A DNA stretch of 61,988 bases, filler included, from Basidioascus undulatus (taxonomy: Eukaryota), in NCBI GenBank assembly GCA_000826855.1. It is 6 parts of 6 records of this genome, joined end to end, with 100 filler letters (N's around TTAATTAATTAA, not from the genome) between each part and the next. Parts side by side here need not be neighbours in the genome. Positions count along the whole stretch, not along the records: positions 20,724 to 30,966 come from JTLS01001157.1; positions 31,067 to 41,308 come from JTLS01001158.1; 4 more parts are not named here. One strand, 5' to 3'. The stretch's first letter is position 1; the number at the start of each line of letters is the position of its first letter. The notes under the pieces were generated by a model, which had not been told where the DNA came from, did no database searches, and worked only from the letters and a program-made list of their open reading frames with translations. The translations under genes and the position numbers were made by a program. Of this stretch, positions 24,170 through 34,434 are shown in pieces.

Positions 24170-25080
24170 CATCTCACAGCGTCCTTCTCGCAACACCTCG
24201 CCTCGCCTCGCTTGGGGCGGGGCGGGGACTGTACCTCGCTCCTCACTGCTCAAGCTCTTCACCTTGGCTTCGTTGCGAGATTTACGAACGCAAAAATCCC
24301 ACCCTCCCATACACTGATACCCCCCGCACCATCCTCGCCGCCGACATCTGAACGACCCGACGATATGGCTCGTCTACTTAATGTTCGTCTGCACTTTCGC
24401 CTTTAGCAAGACAGTGTACGTAAAGACGGACACTGACTCTTATCCAGTTCCATAGTACTGCCATATAGCCCATACATCCCTAATACGCCGCTGTCGATAC
24501 CCACCGTTTCTCGCGATACCCTTGTGCGTTCCTTCCTCGCTCACAGCTTACCTCCAGGCGCGACTGACGCTGTGTTGAGGAGGTACAGAATCACCTAATC
24601 AAAGAGTATACCCCATTCATTAGATGATACCCACTTGTACGTCCTAGACCACGTTCCTGCTCGTCGCAACCTCGACTGACGCAGCTTTTGGAGGTGCAGA
24701 ATCGCCACCTTCATCCGTCCACATTTATATTGTTTCTGTAATAGAGTCTCTCCCTTGGCATTGATACCCTGTCACGCACGTACCCCGTCACGTACACACT
24801 AGACATTGATCCCCTCCTTGTAACGGGTAACACCTGTTATACAGTGGAGACAACAGCTTGTCCTTCATTTCTTCTCTCGGGCACCTCGATGCTTTTAAAT
24901 AATATACCCTCCCTTCGATCCTCTTCGCATTATACCCCTCTTTTTATCATACCCCTTCCCGCATTATACCCCTTCTGCATTATACCCCTGCTGCATTGTA
25001 CCCCTGCTGCATTGCACCTTCACTGCATCCCACCCCTCCTGCATTATACCATCCCCTAATTATATACCCTAATGCATATT
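24170..25080 (+). ncRNA. Putative spliced lncRNA / micro-ORF transcript with 12 AUACCC motifs
   Basis: Three canonical introns (24383-24447, 24524-24588, 24637-24699; donors GTTCGT/GTGCGT/GTACGT, CTGAC branch points, CAG acceptors). The first-AUG ORF is only 12 codons. Dense same-strand ATACCC motifs. Confidence 0.5.
24927..25050 (+). repeat. ~16-bp degenerate tandem repeat GCATTATACCCCT(nn)
   Basis: gcattatacccctc..., gcattataccccttct, gcattatacccctgct, gcattgtacccctgct, gcattgcacc, gcattatacc. Confidence 0.85.
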
Positions 25081-25453
25081 TTATTTGTCCATACATATCC
25101 GGCCCTGTCCTGGAAGACGGATGTCCCAGTTTACACGAGAGTCACAATGCCCTGCTCTCCTGCGTCCATCGACTCGTCCCTTCTAGAGAGAGTATCGCGT
25201 TGCGCTCTTCTCCCTCCCTCCACCAGCATTAGTGCTTGTGCGTTTCGCACTGGGCTGTGATGGACACCTCCATCAAGGAACGGCTCTCGACCCTTCACCA
25301 GCAGCAATGAACGATTATCAAGAACAAGACCTATGTAACTAGATCAACACATGTCCCTTTTAACAGGCTCGCAGCATTCCGAAGACTCAGACAGAGGGAG
25401 CATCCGTTAACATACCCGGATCGAATCAGATGAGCATTCTGGCAATGCAGCCT

Positions 25454-27342
25454 TTATCGCCTCTCGCCTACTCCCTTCTCGACCGCCCCGCCAGCTCTGC
25501 CCTCAGTCTCCTCGAGCTCTTCCGATGCGAGCCCGTCCCACGGTTCCGTCCCAAGCTTCCTGATTACCAACCAAGCGGGAATAACTGCGACGCCCCACAC
25601 CCCGAAGTTGATGGCGCTTGCGCCCTGCAGCGTCCATTTCGTCGACGTGATCCCGTAAGAGACAGCCTGCCCAGCGGACTCGACGCCGCGGACGATCGCG
25701 GATATGCGCACGAGGTTGGCCGGTTCGGTGTACAGGGTCGAGACGATCCAGTATGTGAAGTTGTAGAGGAGCTGGAACCAGGTCGTGATGAGTATGTAGA
25801 GCACGAAGCCGCGGCCGAAGCCTGGTGTGGACCAGTCGAGAAGGGGTTTTGTTCGGTCATACTCGTGCTGCACAGTCGTCTGCATAAGTCCCCCATAGTC
25901 CTTGGGATCCTTGGTACATTGGCTCACCTGGATCACTTGCGAGTAGACCCACCACGCGCCTGAACCGGTGTACAGCGCGATAAAAGCGGCCTGGGCACGA
26001 AAGTGAATCCTGTACTTTTTCAGATCGAGGAAGTACTGCAGTGAGAGAGACACTTGCTCAGCCTACCTTTCGAGCAGGGAGTGAATCTCCACACTTCACG
26101 CACCCCTAGTGCAAAATTGACAATAATGCAAGTCCAAGCAGAAAGGAAGGACACAAGCGCGCGAGCTCGAACAGTGAAGTAGTCTGTCCGAGTAATTTCA
26201 TCAGCCTCTCTACTCTTCACAGCGACGTGATGCATACCGGTGAGGTAAGTCCCGGTAAATGCCTCAGAGTACGCCGAGTTGACGATGAGAGGTATCAAGC
26301 AAAGAACCTCCTTCGTCCTCAACAGCCGCCACATCTCGCGCAGCTCCTCCCTCGCGGTCATGTCGACGTAGAGCCGCACAGGTGTGTTGTCCGTGCGCTG
26401 GACCTTCTCCGGCGGAGAAAGAAGGGCAGCGAAAAGTGGTCCGCTGCACTCTGGAGGAGAGTCATGAGCACCGTGCAGATTGTTGTCGGACACAACATCC
26501 CATGCCCACGCACGCAGCGAGATGAAAACGAGATAGGTCTTGTAGCCCACCGCGCCCCGCTCATCCCGCTTGGAGTTCAGCCCGAGGTTGATAGCACCGC
26601 TGGAGGGTGCATATATCTTAATTAAGTTTTTGGAAAGGAAGGCGCCAGAGCTAGACTCACCCTACCATCTGTCCCGTAACGCGGTAGGCGAGCCAGTACG
26701 ACAGTAACCGTGCTCTCCGGTGTCTCTCTGGGTAAGACATGGCGATGGCTGCTTCAGACTGATAATCGAAGGAGTAATAAGTCTCCGTCCCAACTCATTG
26801 TCAATCCCTTACCATCCAAAATATACCAGCGCTGCCTTCGCCCAGTGTGCTTCAGCAAGTTGAGCAGCGAGCTGTCGCGGATAACTGACCAAACGCCGCA
26901 GCATGCCGCTCCGAACAGCACGAGCCATTCTGTCCCAAAGCGGAGGTTGCAGTACAGCCCAGCGGAGAAGACCGAGTAGCCGAGGGTGCCGAGCATGAGG
27001 GTATACTTGATCCCGATGAGTCGAACGAGGATGGGGCTGAAGGTGCAGGAGAGCACCATCAGGCCGAAGGTTAGGGAGTTTCCGGCATTCACGAGGTAGG
27101 GCTTCTGGGCGCCGCCTGCACCAAGACTGTATGTTAAAGGTAGGAGAGTTCAGCACTTTGGAGCATGGGAGTGGGGAGTGAAGGAAGTACGAGTTCATTG
27201 CCCCCCACAAGCCAGGCGCAAGGAACGAGCAGATGCCGAGGATTGTTATGTTCATGACCGTTCCTCTGAACCAGATTCGTTTGGGAACGGCAAGCTCGGG
27301 ATGCACACCGGAAGATGTGCAAACCGCCGCTGCACCAGGCAT
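25454..27342 (-). CDS. UNC-93-like MFS transporter
   Basis: ILGICSFLAPGLWGAMNS|LGAGG, LMLGTLGYSVFSAGLY, YFTVRARALVSFL, YWIVSTL, RISAIVRGVESAGQAVSYG. Multiple TM segments. Confidence 0.88.
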
Positions 27343-29657
27343 TTTGATCGAGGGAGTCGACGAGCTTAGCTCCGCGCAGCGGGGGCACGGTGGAGGCTGC
27401 CCCGTTCTCGTCTGGCGTCGCTTGTGAGAGATATATAGCTCTTCTGGTGGTCCGGGGAGGGAACAACCGGCGCCGTTGGCCGTGAAGTTGGGGAAGCCGG
27501 AATGCATCCGCCAGCGTGGAAATCGAGAGTCTGTGCCTCGATCTGCTGTATCGATGATGCATTTCCGCTGACAGTAGGTACAATTTTGTCAAGGGCTATA
27601 AACATCAATGGCTTGGCTGCATATTCTCGGGGGCTGCGACTGGAGAGCGGGAGCTTGGGAGTGAGTGTCGCGACATGCACAGACAGCGTGCCAGCATGCA
27701 CTCCGGTCTTGCGCTTTCCGGTAGCATTACAGAGTTCATTCACGGGCGAACCACATATTACAGCAGATTACTGAAAAGTAGAGCTAGAACACGCACATGC
27801 CTTCGTGAGGTCTTAAAAAGCACGTCCTCGGTGGGTGTTTTGGGCCTCACTACAAAGATATGACTCATAGCCAAGTTTCACAGCTTGAAATCCAACTCAA
27901 GCATTCAAGTATCCCAGGAACTTGCCAGACGCTGCAGCCTGCAGATCGGTCGACGGTTTGTTTCCCTCCATTAGGGAAGCTGGCTACCAGAGCTTCCTAT
28001 CGCAAGCTGGAGCATTGGACAGCGGTGTTTATGGGTTCCACTTGGCATGGGAAAATACTCCGTCCATAATGTCCATGCTGTGCAACGATCGCCAGCTCAG
28101 ATGTGTGCAACTGAGCAGCTACCTCGGCGCATGGGGTGGCCGATCTTGCGGCCTCAACAACACATCAGGTAATAAATTCAAAGATGTTTTGGTGCTGAGA
28201 TTATGGAGTTTCCTCATCTAAGACTTCCGGGTAGGAGTCCCCTCCGCGGCGACGCTCCTCGCCGCCGACACCGCTAACTGCTCATCTCACGGGCCCACTT
28301 CCACACGCATCGCCGCTGAGTCAGCTTCTATATGAAACAATACGCAGATTCTGTACCCCTCTTCTATGGTTTGTCTGCCTCTCACTGACACACAACTTCT
28401 ACATTCAATGGACTGTCGCGTTCCGGCTCGGTCAGCATCAGCCTGCAACAGCGCAGATACCCTCCGCCTGTCCAGCGTGCACCGCCGAGGAAAAAAATTA
28501 CCTTGCCAATATTAGGCCAGAGCATGAGTCCCACTTGAGAGCATGCTCTTTGCTGCTCCAGGGCAGCCGCAGTCGGCGTCGGTCGGGATGGCGTCGCCCG
28601 ACGTGCAGGTAACTCACGATGCACGGCCTCAGCTGTTTCCTAGACCTGGACCCAAACAATTGTGCATGATTGTGGGTGACTGTGGGACGGAACATGTCTT
28701 CCTACATAACGGAGCTGTCCATGGAGACTATCTTAGGGTAGTGCCCGAGTAGAGACGTGAGCGATAAGTTCTTGATTCTGATTTCGCGCCTAAATAGTCT
28801 CCATTGTCAGCATCTTGGGCATAAATCCTTTCCCTGGCCCATAGATTCCCCAGTCCCAGCATGAATTCGGAGCTTAAGTCTCAGAGCCTGGGTACAGCTT
28901 GATGCGGCCGAGGGGCAGGCAGCCCTACGCTGGACTTGACCCCGCACCTTACACAACCCCCAGGTCGTTCCCGCTGCAGGTAAGATGAAGTAGACCGGGA
29001 GTCGGAAAAGATGCTTCTGCGATGAGAACTTTGATGGTTTTACCCGCATCATGATTACTGATATCCGGGGAACCACGCACTCGTGCCCCGTTCATCCAGA
29101 ACTGCTGGGAGGATCGCACCATTGCTTGCCCGAAACGAGTCCCCAAGCTCGCATGGCCCTTGTGCCACTCACCGCAGAACCACAAGCCTGACGCCGCTCC
29201 CGGAGCACGTCTGGAAGCTCCTTCCGAATCACTTATGAGTTTCCAGACAACTCATTCGCGCTTTTATGTGGCGACGGAGTAGCGGGTGGTCGTTCTTCCG
29301 CACTACCTCACTTCCCCCGGGCTTTTGATCTTACCCTTTCCAAAGGAATGAGGTTTAAACATAAAAAATCTCAAGCAGAGCCCGGTAGCCTCTCCACCAG
29401 CTGCCCCCAGTTTGCCGGCATTCCCATCCATCCCCAACTCCCCTCCCTGCCTCCCACTGCGGTTGCAGGTGAATTCCACGTGAGTTCCCCGAACCCAATG
29501 TCGCCAAGCAGCCATCGACCTCCCGCCCTCGCACGTTCGTGCCTTCCCTCATTTCGACTCGCCCCCTTGCTCGTCTTCTCTCTTTTCGTCGGCTGGTCCC
29601 TCGCCTCGTCTTCTCTCTTCCCTTCTCTTTCCACAACCACCACCCTTACCCCCCGCG

Positions 29658-30966
29658 ATGCCCCCAAAATCAGCAGCGCGCAAATCTCCGGCGGATGGGA
29701 AGGCGAAGGCGGGGTCTGGGAATGAGAGTGATGTGCAGGCGGGGGCGGGCGAGGAGGCTCAGCATCACGGTGTTACGTCCATCTGTGCGATTTCTCATCT
29801 CTCCAGAAGAGATTTTGTGGTTGCTGATCTTTCGAGGGTTAAAAGTGGCCGTCCTCCCGCTCACCTCCTTCGTCCTGATCCTCCTCTCCCTTCACACCCT
29901 CGCACTCCTCACGACCCTCTCGCCCATCTATGGCTCCGTCCCGCTCACCCTGCACCTCCCCAAGATCCGGGCCGCCCTCGCGCTCGTCTCCCTCGCGACG
30001 TGCCTCCGCGTGCCACTCAAGCCCAACTACATCCTCCCCGCCGTCATCGTCGTCCTCGGCGCGAGCAGCATCTTCGAGCTCCGCTCCCTCGCTGCGCGCA
30101 GCGCCTGGCTTGGGCCCACCTGGGGCCCGGTGTGCAGCTGGGTCGTGCTGCATGGACCGGTGGAGGTGCTTGGCATTTGGGCGCTGTTTGGGGCGGTGGT
30201 GCCTTTCCCTCTCCCTCTCCATCTTCGACGAAATCCCACTTACCCTGCCTGGGCTGAGGCCAGAAACCGCACCTCCCACCATACGCGCTCCTCCTCCTCC
30301 CGCTACTCCCCGCCCTGACCGTCCCGCTCCTCACCCCCCTCCTGCACCGCCTCTCCCTCTTCCCCTCCCTCGCCTCGCGGCTCTCTGCCCCCTCCACCTG
30401 GCTCCAACTCCTCGCCCTGCCACCCTCGGTCCTCTCGCTCCTGCTCTCCTCCTCCTTCTCCGTGCCCCCCACCCTTATCTCCTCCTCCCCGCACGCAAAG
30501 CAGACCGCACAGCGCCTCCGCCTCGCGTCCCTCCTCCCCATCGGGTTCCTCTTCCTCCACCTCCTGCCCGAGACGGTCGCCCCACCCGCCCTGCCCGCGG
30601 GCCACCGCATTCTCGCGAGAGAGGTCGGGCCGACGGGGATGGTGTTCGTCGGTGAGGACGAGGCGCTGGGTTTCAGGTACTTGAGGGCGGAGCACAGCTT
30701 GCTGGGCGGCCTGTGGGTTGGGCCCGCGAGGGAGGCGCTGGAAAAGAGGGGTGGGGGCGTGAGGAAGGAGTGGACAGATGACGAGGTCGTTAGGGATGCG
30801 GAGAGCATCTACACTACGTTCTTGCTCCAGGAGGCGGTTAGGCTCGTTAACCGCCCGCGATCAGACACCCCGCCTAACGACCCCGAAAAGGCACTCATTA
30901 TGTGCGTCTTACTCTCTTCCTCTCTGCCTCCATCCTCCCTCCGTCCTTCTTCCTCCCGTACGCAAA
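29658..30966 (+). CDS. Membrane-anchored spermidine-synthase-like SAM-dependent methyltransferase, 3'-truncated
   Basis: LSPIYGSVP, several TM helices, ILARE..TGMVFVGED, FRYLRAEHSLLGGLW, ESIYTTFLLQEAVRLV, EKALI before the gap. Confidence 0.78.
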
Positions 30967-31066
30967 NNNNNNNNNNNNNNNNNNNNNNNNNNNNNNNNNN
31001 NNNNNNNNNNTTAATTAATTAANNNNNNNNNNNNNNNNNNNNNNNNNNNNNNNNNNNNNNNNNNNN
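30967..31066. other. Artificial contig linker
   Basis: N44-TTAATTAATTAA-N44. Confidence 0.98.
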
Positions 31067-31075
31067 TGTTGCAAA

Positions 31076-31147
31076 AGCAACAGCCCGGGTTCGAACCGGG
31101 GGCCTCCAGATTTGCAATCTGACACTCTACCACTGAGTTACTGCTGC
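31076..31147 (-). tRNA. tRNA-Cys (GCA)
   Basis: Minus strand GCAGCAG-TAACTCAGTGGTAGAGTG-TCAGA-TTGCAAA-TCTGG-AGGCC-CCCGGTTCGAACCCGGG-CTGTTGC-T, 72 nt. Confidence 0.92.
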
Positions 31148-31320
31148 CTGTCTGGCTTTCAGCTGCTTTAAATTTACATAATTAATGCTTTCAAGTCAGC
31201 CAAGATGTTGACTAAAAAAATAGACATGCTCAGAGGGCTTCAGCATTTCGAGTGCTGCCTATGACAACAGCTGCAACGCTCTGTGTACGCTGACATTGGT
31301 AATGCGGATGCAAAACCCAT

Positions 31321-31350
31321 GAGTGAGTGAGTGAGTGAGTGAGCGAGCGA
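31321..31350. repeat. (GAGT)5(GAGC)2 microsatellite
   Basis: Direct reading. Confidence 0.85.
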
Positions 31351-31499
31351 CACCCCGCCCCCAGCACAGCGCACGGCTCCTCTCTCCCTCCCTCCACCGT
31401 TGTTCCACCCAACCCTTTCATTTCCACTCATCATTCTCTCCATGCGCCATTCTCACCCCAACCCCTGCACTGCCGGTACACCCTCACGGTATTCTCTTT

Positions 31500-32280
31500 T
31501 TAGTATCACAGGACCATGACTGAGTAACTTGAGACATCACCCTCAGCTTCGCGTGCTGGTGATTGAGAGTGTCGATGTGGGTGGTAGCTGACTTAGGATC
31601 TCATCCAGCGGCTCCCGGACGATGTCCTCTCTATCGAATTCATGAGCATGCAGCCAGAAACGATGCTGTCATTCCAAAGAAGGACCATCCTCTGTTCCTA
31701 CACATCTGGAAATGCTGGAATGTGTGAGTACTGCCACCAGCCTCAACGACTTTGGCACTGACCACTGAACTACTGTGGTCCATGCAGTCATTGCTTCCCT
31801 GCTGCTCTACCGCAATCTCAACCTGAACAGGTCTGGCATCTAGAAGACCATTTATTCAAGGCAGCTCTATGCAGCAAGGAACCAGGGTGCCATCACTGCA
31901 TCCAGATGACACCGTGGACACCATGGTGTCATCACCTTGACTTTGAGCCATGGGCAATGTGAAATTCAATGGGTTGCATGGTGTAACCCCAGTGAACACA
32001 CTATATGCCTGTCACGGTGGCCCACACTGAAGCCCCAAGTCTCACACCCTGAACAACACACTGAAAAATAGTTTTCATGGTGTCCACATCAGGAAAGTGA
32101 TGTTGGAACGGGCTGAAAGTTGCAGGACAAATTGTCAAAAGTTCCACCTGCAACCTTCTACTAACTGATCCTGCATACTATCAGCTAGACCATCTTCACT
32201 GCTTGATCACACTGTTTCTGCAGGATCTATGTGGCCACTTTTCAAACAGCTTCATTCAGCAGAACCACCACCCAACTGAA
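31500..32280. mobile_element. CpG-depleted degenerate repeat relic abutting a truncated SDR gene
   Basis: About 5 CpG in 31681-32280, TG/CA excess, no intact ORF. Confidence 0.4.
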
Positions 32281-32281
32281 A

Positions 32282-32999
32282 AGTTGCCGCCAAGCTTTGG
32301 TTTGGCAAGGGATACAAGAGCGGTATGTCTGGCGCCTAATTTACAAATCTCAGTTTGCTGATGATTCTTCTCTTCGAGGCTCCATTGTGGTCGTATCGTC
32401 GATGTCTAGCCAGATCTATAACCAAGTCGGCCTCAACAAGCCTCTCTGCCACGTGAGATTCTGAGATCCGGGCCTCCTTCGGACCTCAACTGCTAAAGAG
32501 AAGCTTGCCTTGCATGCATGCAGTCTTCTACAACTCCTCAAAAGCAGCGGTGTCGTCATTGGCTAAGGGGCTGGCGGCGGAATGGGCACCGTGAGTGGTT
32601 CTTATCCCCAACATGCGGGGGCGTAGACCTGAGGCGTCGCTTTGTTAGGCAGGGCATCCGCATCAACATTCTCTCGCCCGGGTATGTCAAGGCCGAGCAA
32701 TCTGGCACCGGAGGCGGCTCGCACCTTTCAATCTGCCAGCGTGCCGCTTGGATGGGTACGTTGCGCTGTTCTCATGCAAACTTTCCATCCGCTCTGTCGA
32801 CAGTACACTTACCCGGGACTGTACGTTTAGTACTTAGAACCTGCCGCGCAGACAGCGCCGGCCCTTCTGTTGCTTTCAGAACACTCGTCTTACATGACTG
32901 GCTTGGAGGTGTTTGTTGACGGTACGCCCGTCATGTTCGGTTTTGAAGCGGGGCTGGACTGACTGCGATTCCGGATCAGGTGGATTCCTCATTTACTGA
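32282..32999 (+). pseudogene. Short-chain dehydrogenase (mannitol-dehydrogenase-like), 5'-truncated and frameshifted
   Basis: VAAKLW, GSIVVVSSMSSQIYNQ, FYNSSKAAV (YxxxK), LAAEWA, GIRINILSPGYV, SYMTG.EVFVDGG. No TGxxxGIG N-terminus. Frame change near 32705. Confidence 0.78.
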
Positions 33000-33401
33000 G
33001 GGTTTTCGTCTGAAAGGGGACCCGATTGTATCGATGATGTAATATAATGAGCGAGCCGGTGGATCTTGTATGCTTGCCCTCTAGGATGTTGCAGGGAGCA
33101 TAATCCACGACTAGACGTGTGAGCTCGTCAGCAAGGGCATATACAACTAGACCAATTGGTGGCAGTCTCTTTCGGAAGGAGGCCTGAGAACTTAGAACTC
33201 TTGAACCCCGGGTCGAGCAAGATCAAGATGAAGAGGTTGTGCTTCAATATTGATGCTATCTCGGCGGAACGCGGTTGACCGCCGCAACCAAAAAAGTGGG
33301 TATAAATCCGTGAAAGGTGCATGGTTAGATGGAGGGTAAGTTGGAGAGGGTAACAGGGGGCAGCAAAATGGATCCCGCTCTGCGTGCAGGCCGCAAAATC
33401 T

Positions 33402-33481
33402 TAGTCGCGCCCGGGATCGAACCAGGAACCTTCTCTGTCCTCAATGTGAAAGAGAAATCATAACCATTAGAACACGCAACT
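33402..33481 (-). tRNA. tRNA-Val (CAC) with a 7-nt intron
   Basis: Acceptor AGTTGCG/CGCGACT, anticodon stem TCTCT/AGAGA, loop TT-CAC-A-[TTGAGGA]-C, T arm CCTGG-TTCGATC-CCGGG. Confidence 0.85.
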
Positions 33482-34434
33482 GAATGACGCTCATCTGTTA
33501 TTATAATAGTAATACCGCTCCGTACGTGCGCTCTGCTCTTCCGGAAAGGTGTGGGGAAGAGGATCCTGACTTCAGGCTCCCCATGCGTTGATCAAGGGGC
33601 TTGGAGAAGTGCTGAGATAGGCGCTGCCAAAGGAGTGGGGGACGAGGCGGCGGGCGACGTGCCCGAATGCCGTTGGGATAAAGAATGGGTTGATAGTTGA
33701 ATGGGGTTGTGGTGATGCAAGTGCTCTTGGTATATCCGAGAATATGAAATAAGTATATGAGCCGCAGTTCCCAATTCCGACTACTAAGATGGACCAATGA
33801 ATGCAGGCATGTTCATCAAGATGCAATTTGACCGGAGTGACTGCAACGCTGTAGTTACTACAGAGGGCAGATGGCGGGGCTATGACCTTTCAGTACAGCC
33901 GGGCGTGCACAGAAAAAAATTGATCTTTGGTTAAATCAAACCCGTCCACCTGAAATCGATCGGTCGTTGCGGAACCAGTGGCAGAAGCGTGCGATGGCCC
34001 GACATGCTGCTCTGGACGAGGACGCCAGACTCGGAGCTGTGGGAGTCAGAGCGAAAAGTATCTGCCCTCAATTGCGCCCTCCACGTGCAGGAGACGATTG
34101 CCCGGTTCGTCCGCGCCCTGGGCGTCGACAACGCCGCGCAGGGCCTGTTCGACCTCGCGAACAGCTTCGGTGCGCCGTACTCGCTCAAGCGCTGTCTTTC
34201 CAAAAAGTTCTGACTTCTGAATGAGTTCAAAGTAATAAAAAAATGTTACTCACAGCCCGCTGCCGCTGCAGTTCGAAATCGCCGAGGCAAAGCGTGGAGC
34301 GGCAGCCTCACATGAATACCTTTTGCATTCGGACCATTCATCCAGAGTGGATAACATTCTTTTGGGGTCTATTATTCTGTGCAATTTAAGCAATCTAAAT
34401 CTACAGAGGACCGGAAGGCAGTCTTCGGGTCTCG

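Noticed and set aside
24383..24699. snoRNA host gene
   Set aside because: The introns are only 63-65 nt, and I see no box C (RTGATGA) with terminal stem or H/ACA hairpins in them.
24300..25080. Tandem-repeat pheromone precursor (TAC CCC = Tyr-Pro repeats)
   Set aside because: The repeat period is ~16 bp (not a multiple of 3), motifs fall in different frames, and there is no CAAX-ended repeat ORF.
26618..26625. TTAATTAA resembling the contig linker
   Set aside because: Only 8 nt, no flanking Ns, and it lies within an MFS intron; chance occurrence.
27800..29300. Possible degraded gene between the MFS and methyltransferase genes
   Set aside because: Only short unconnected ORFs, with no motif I can identify.
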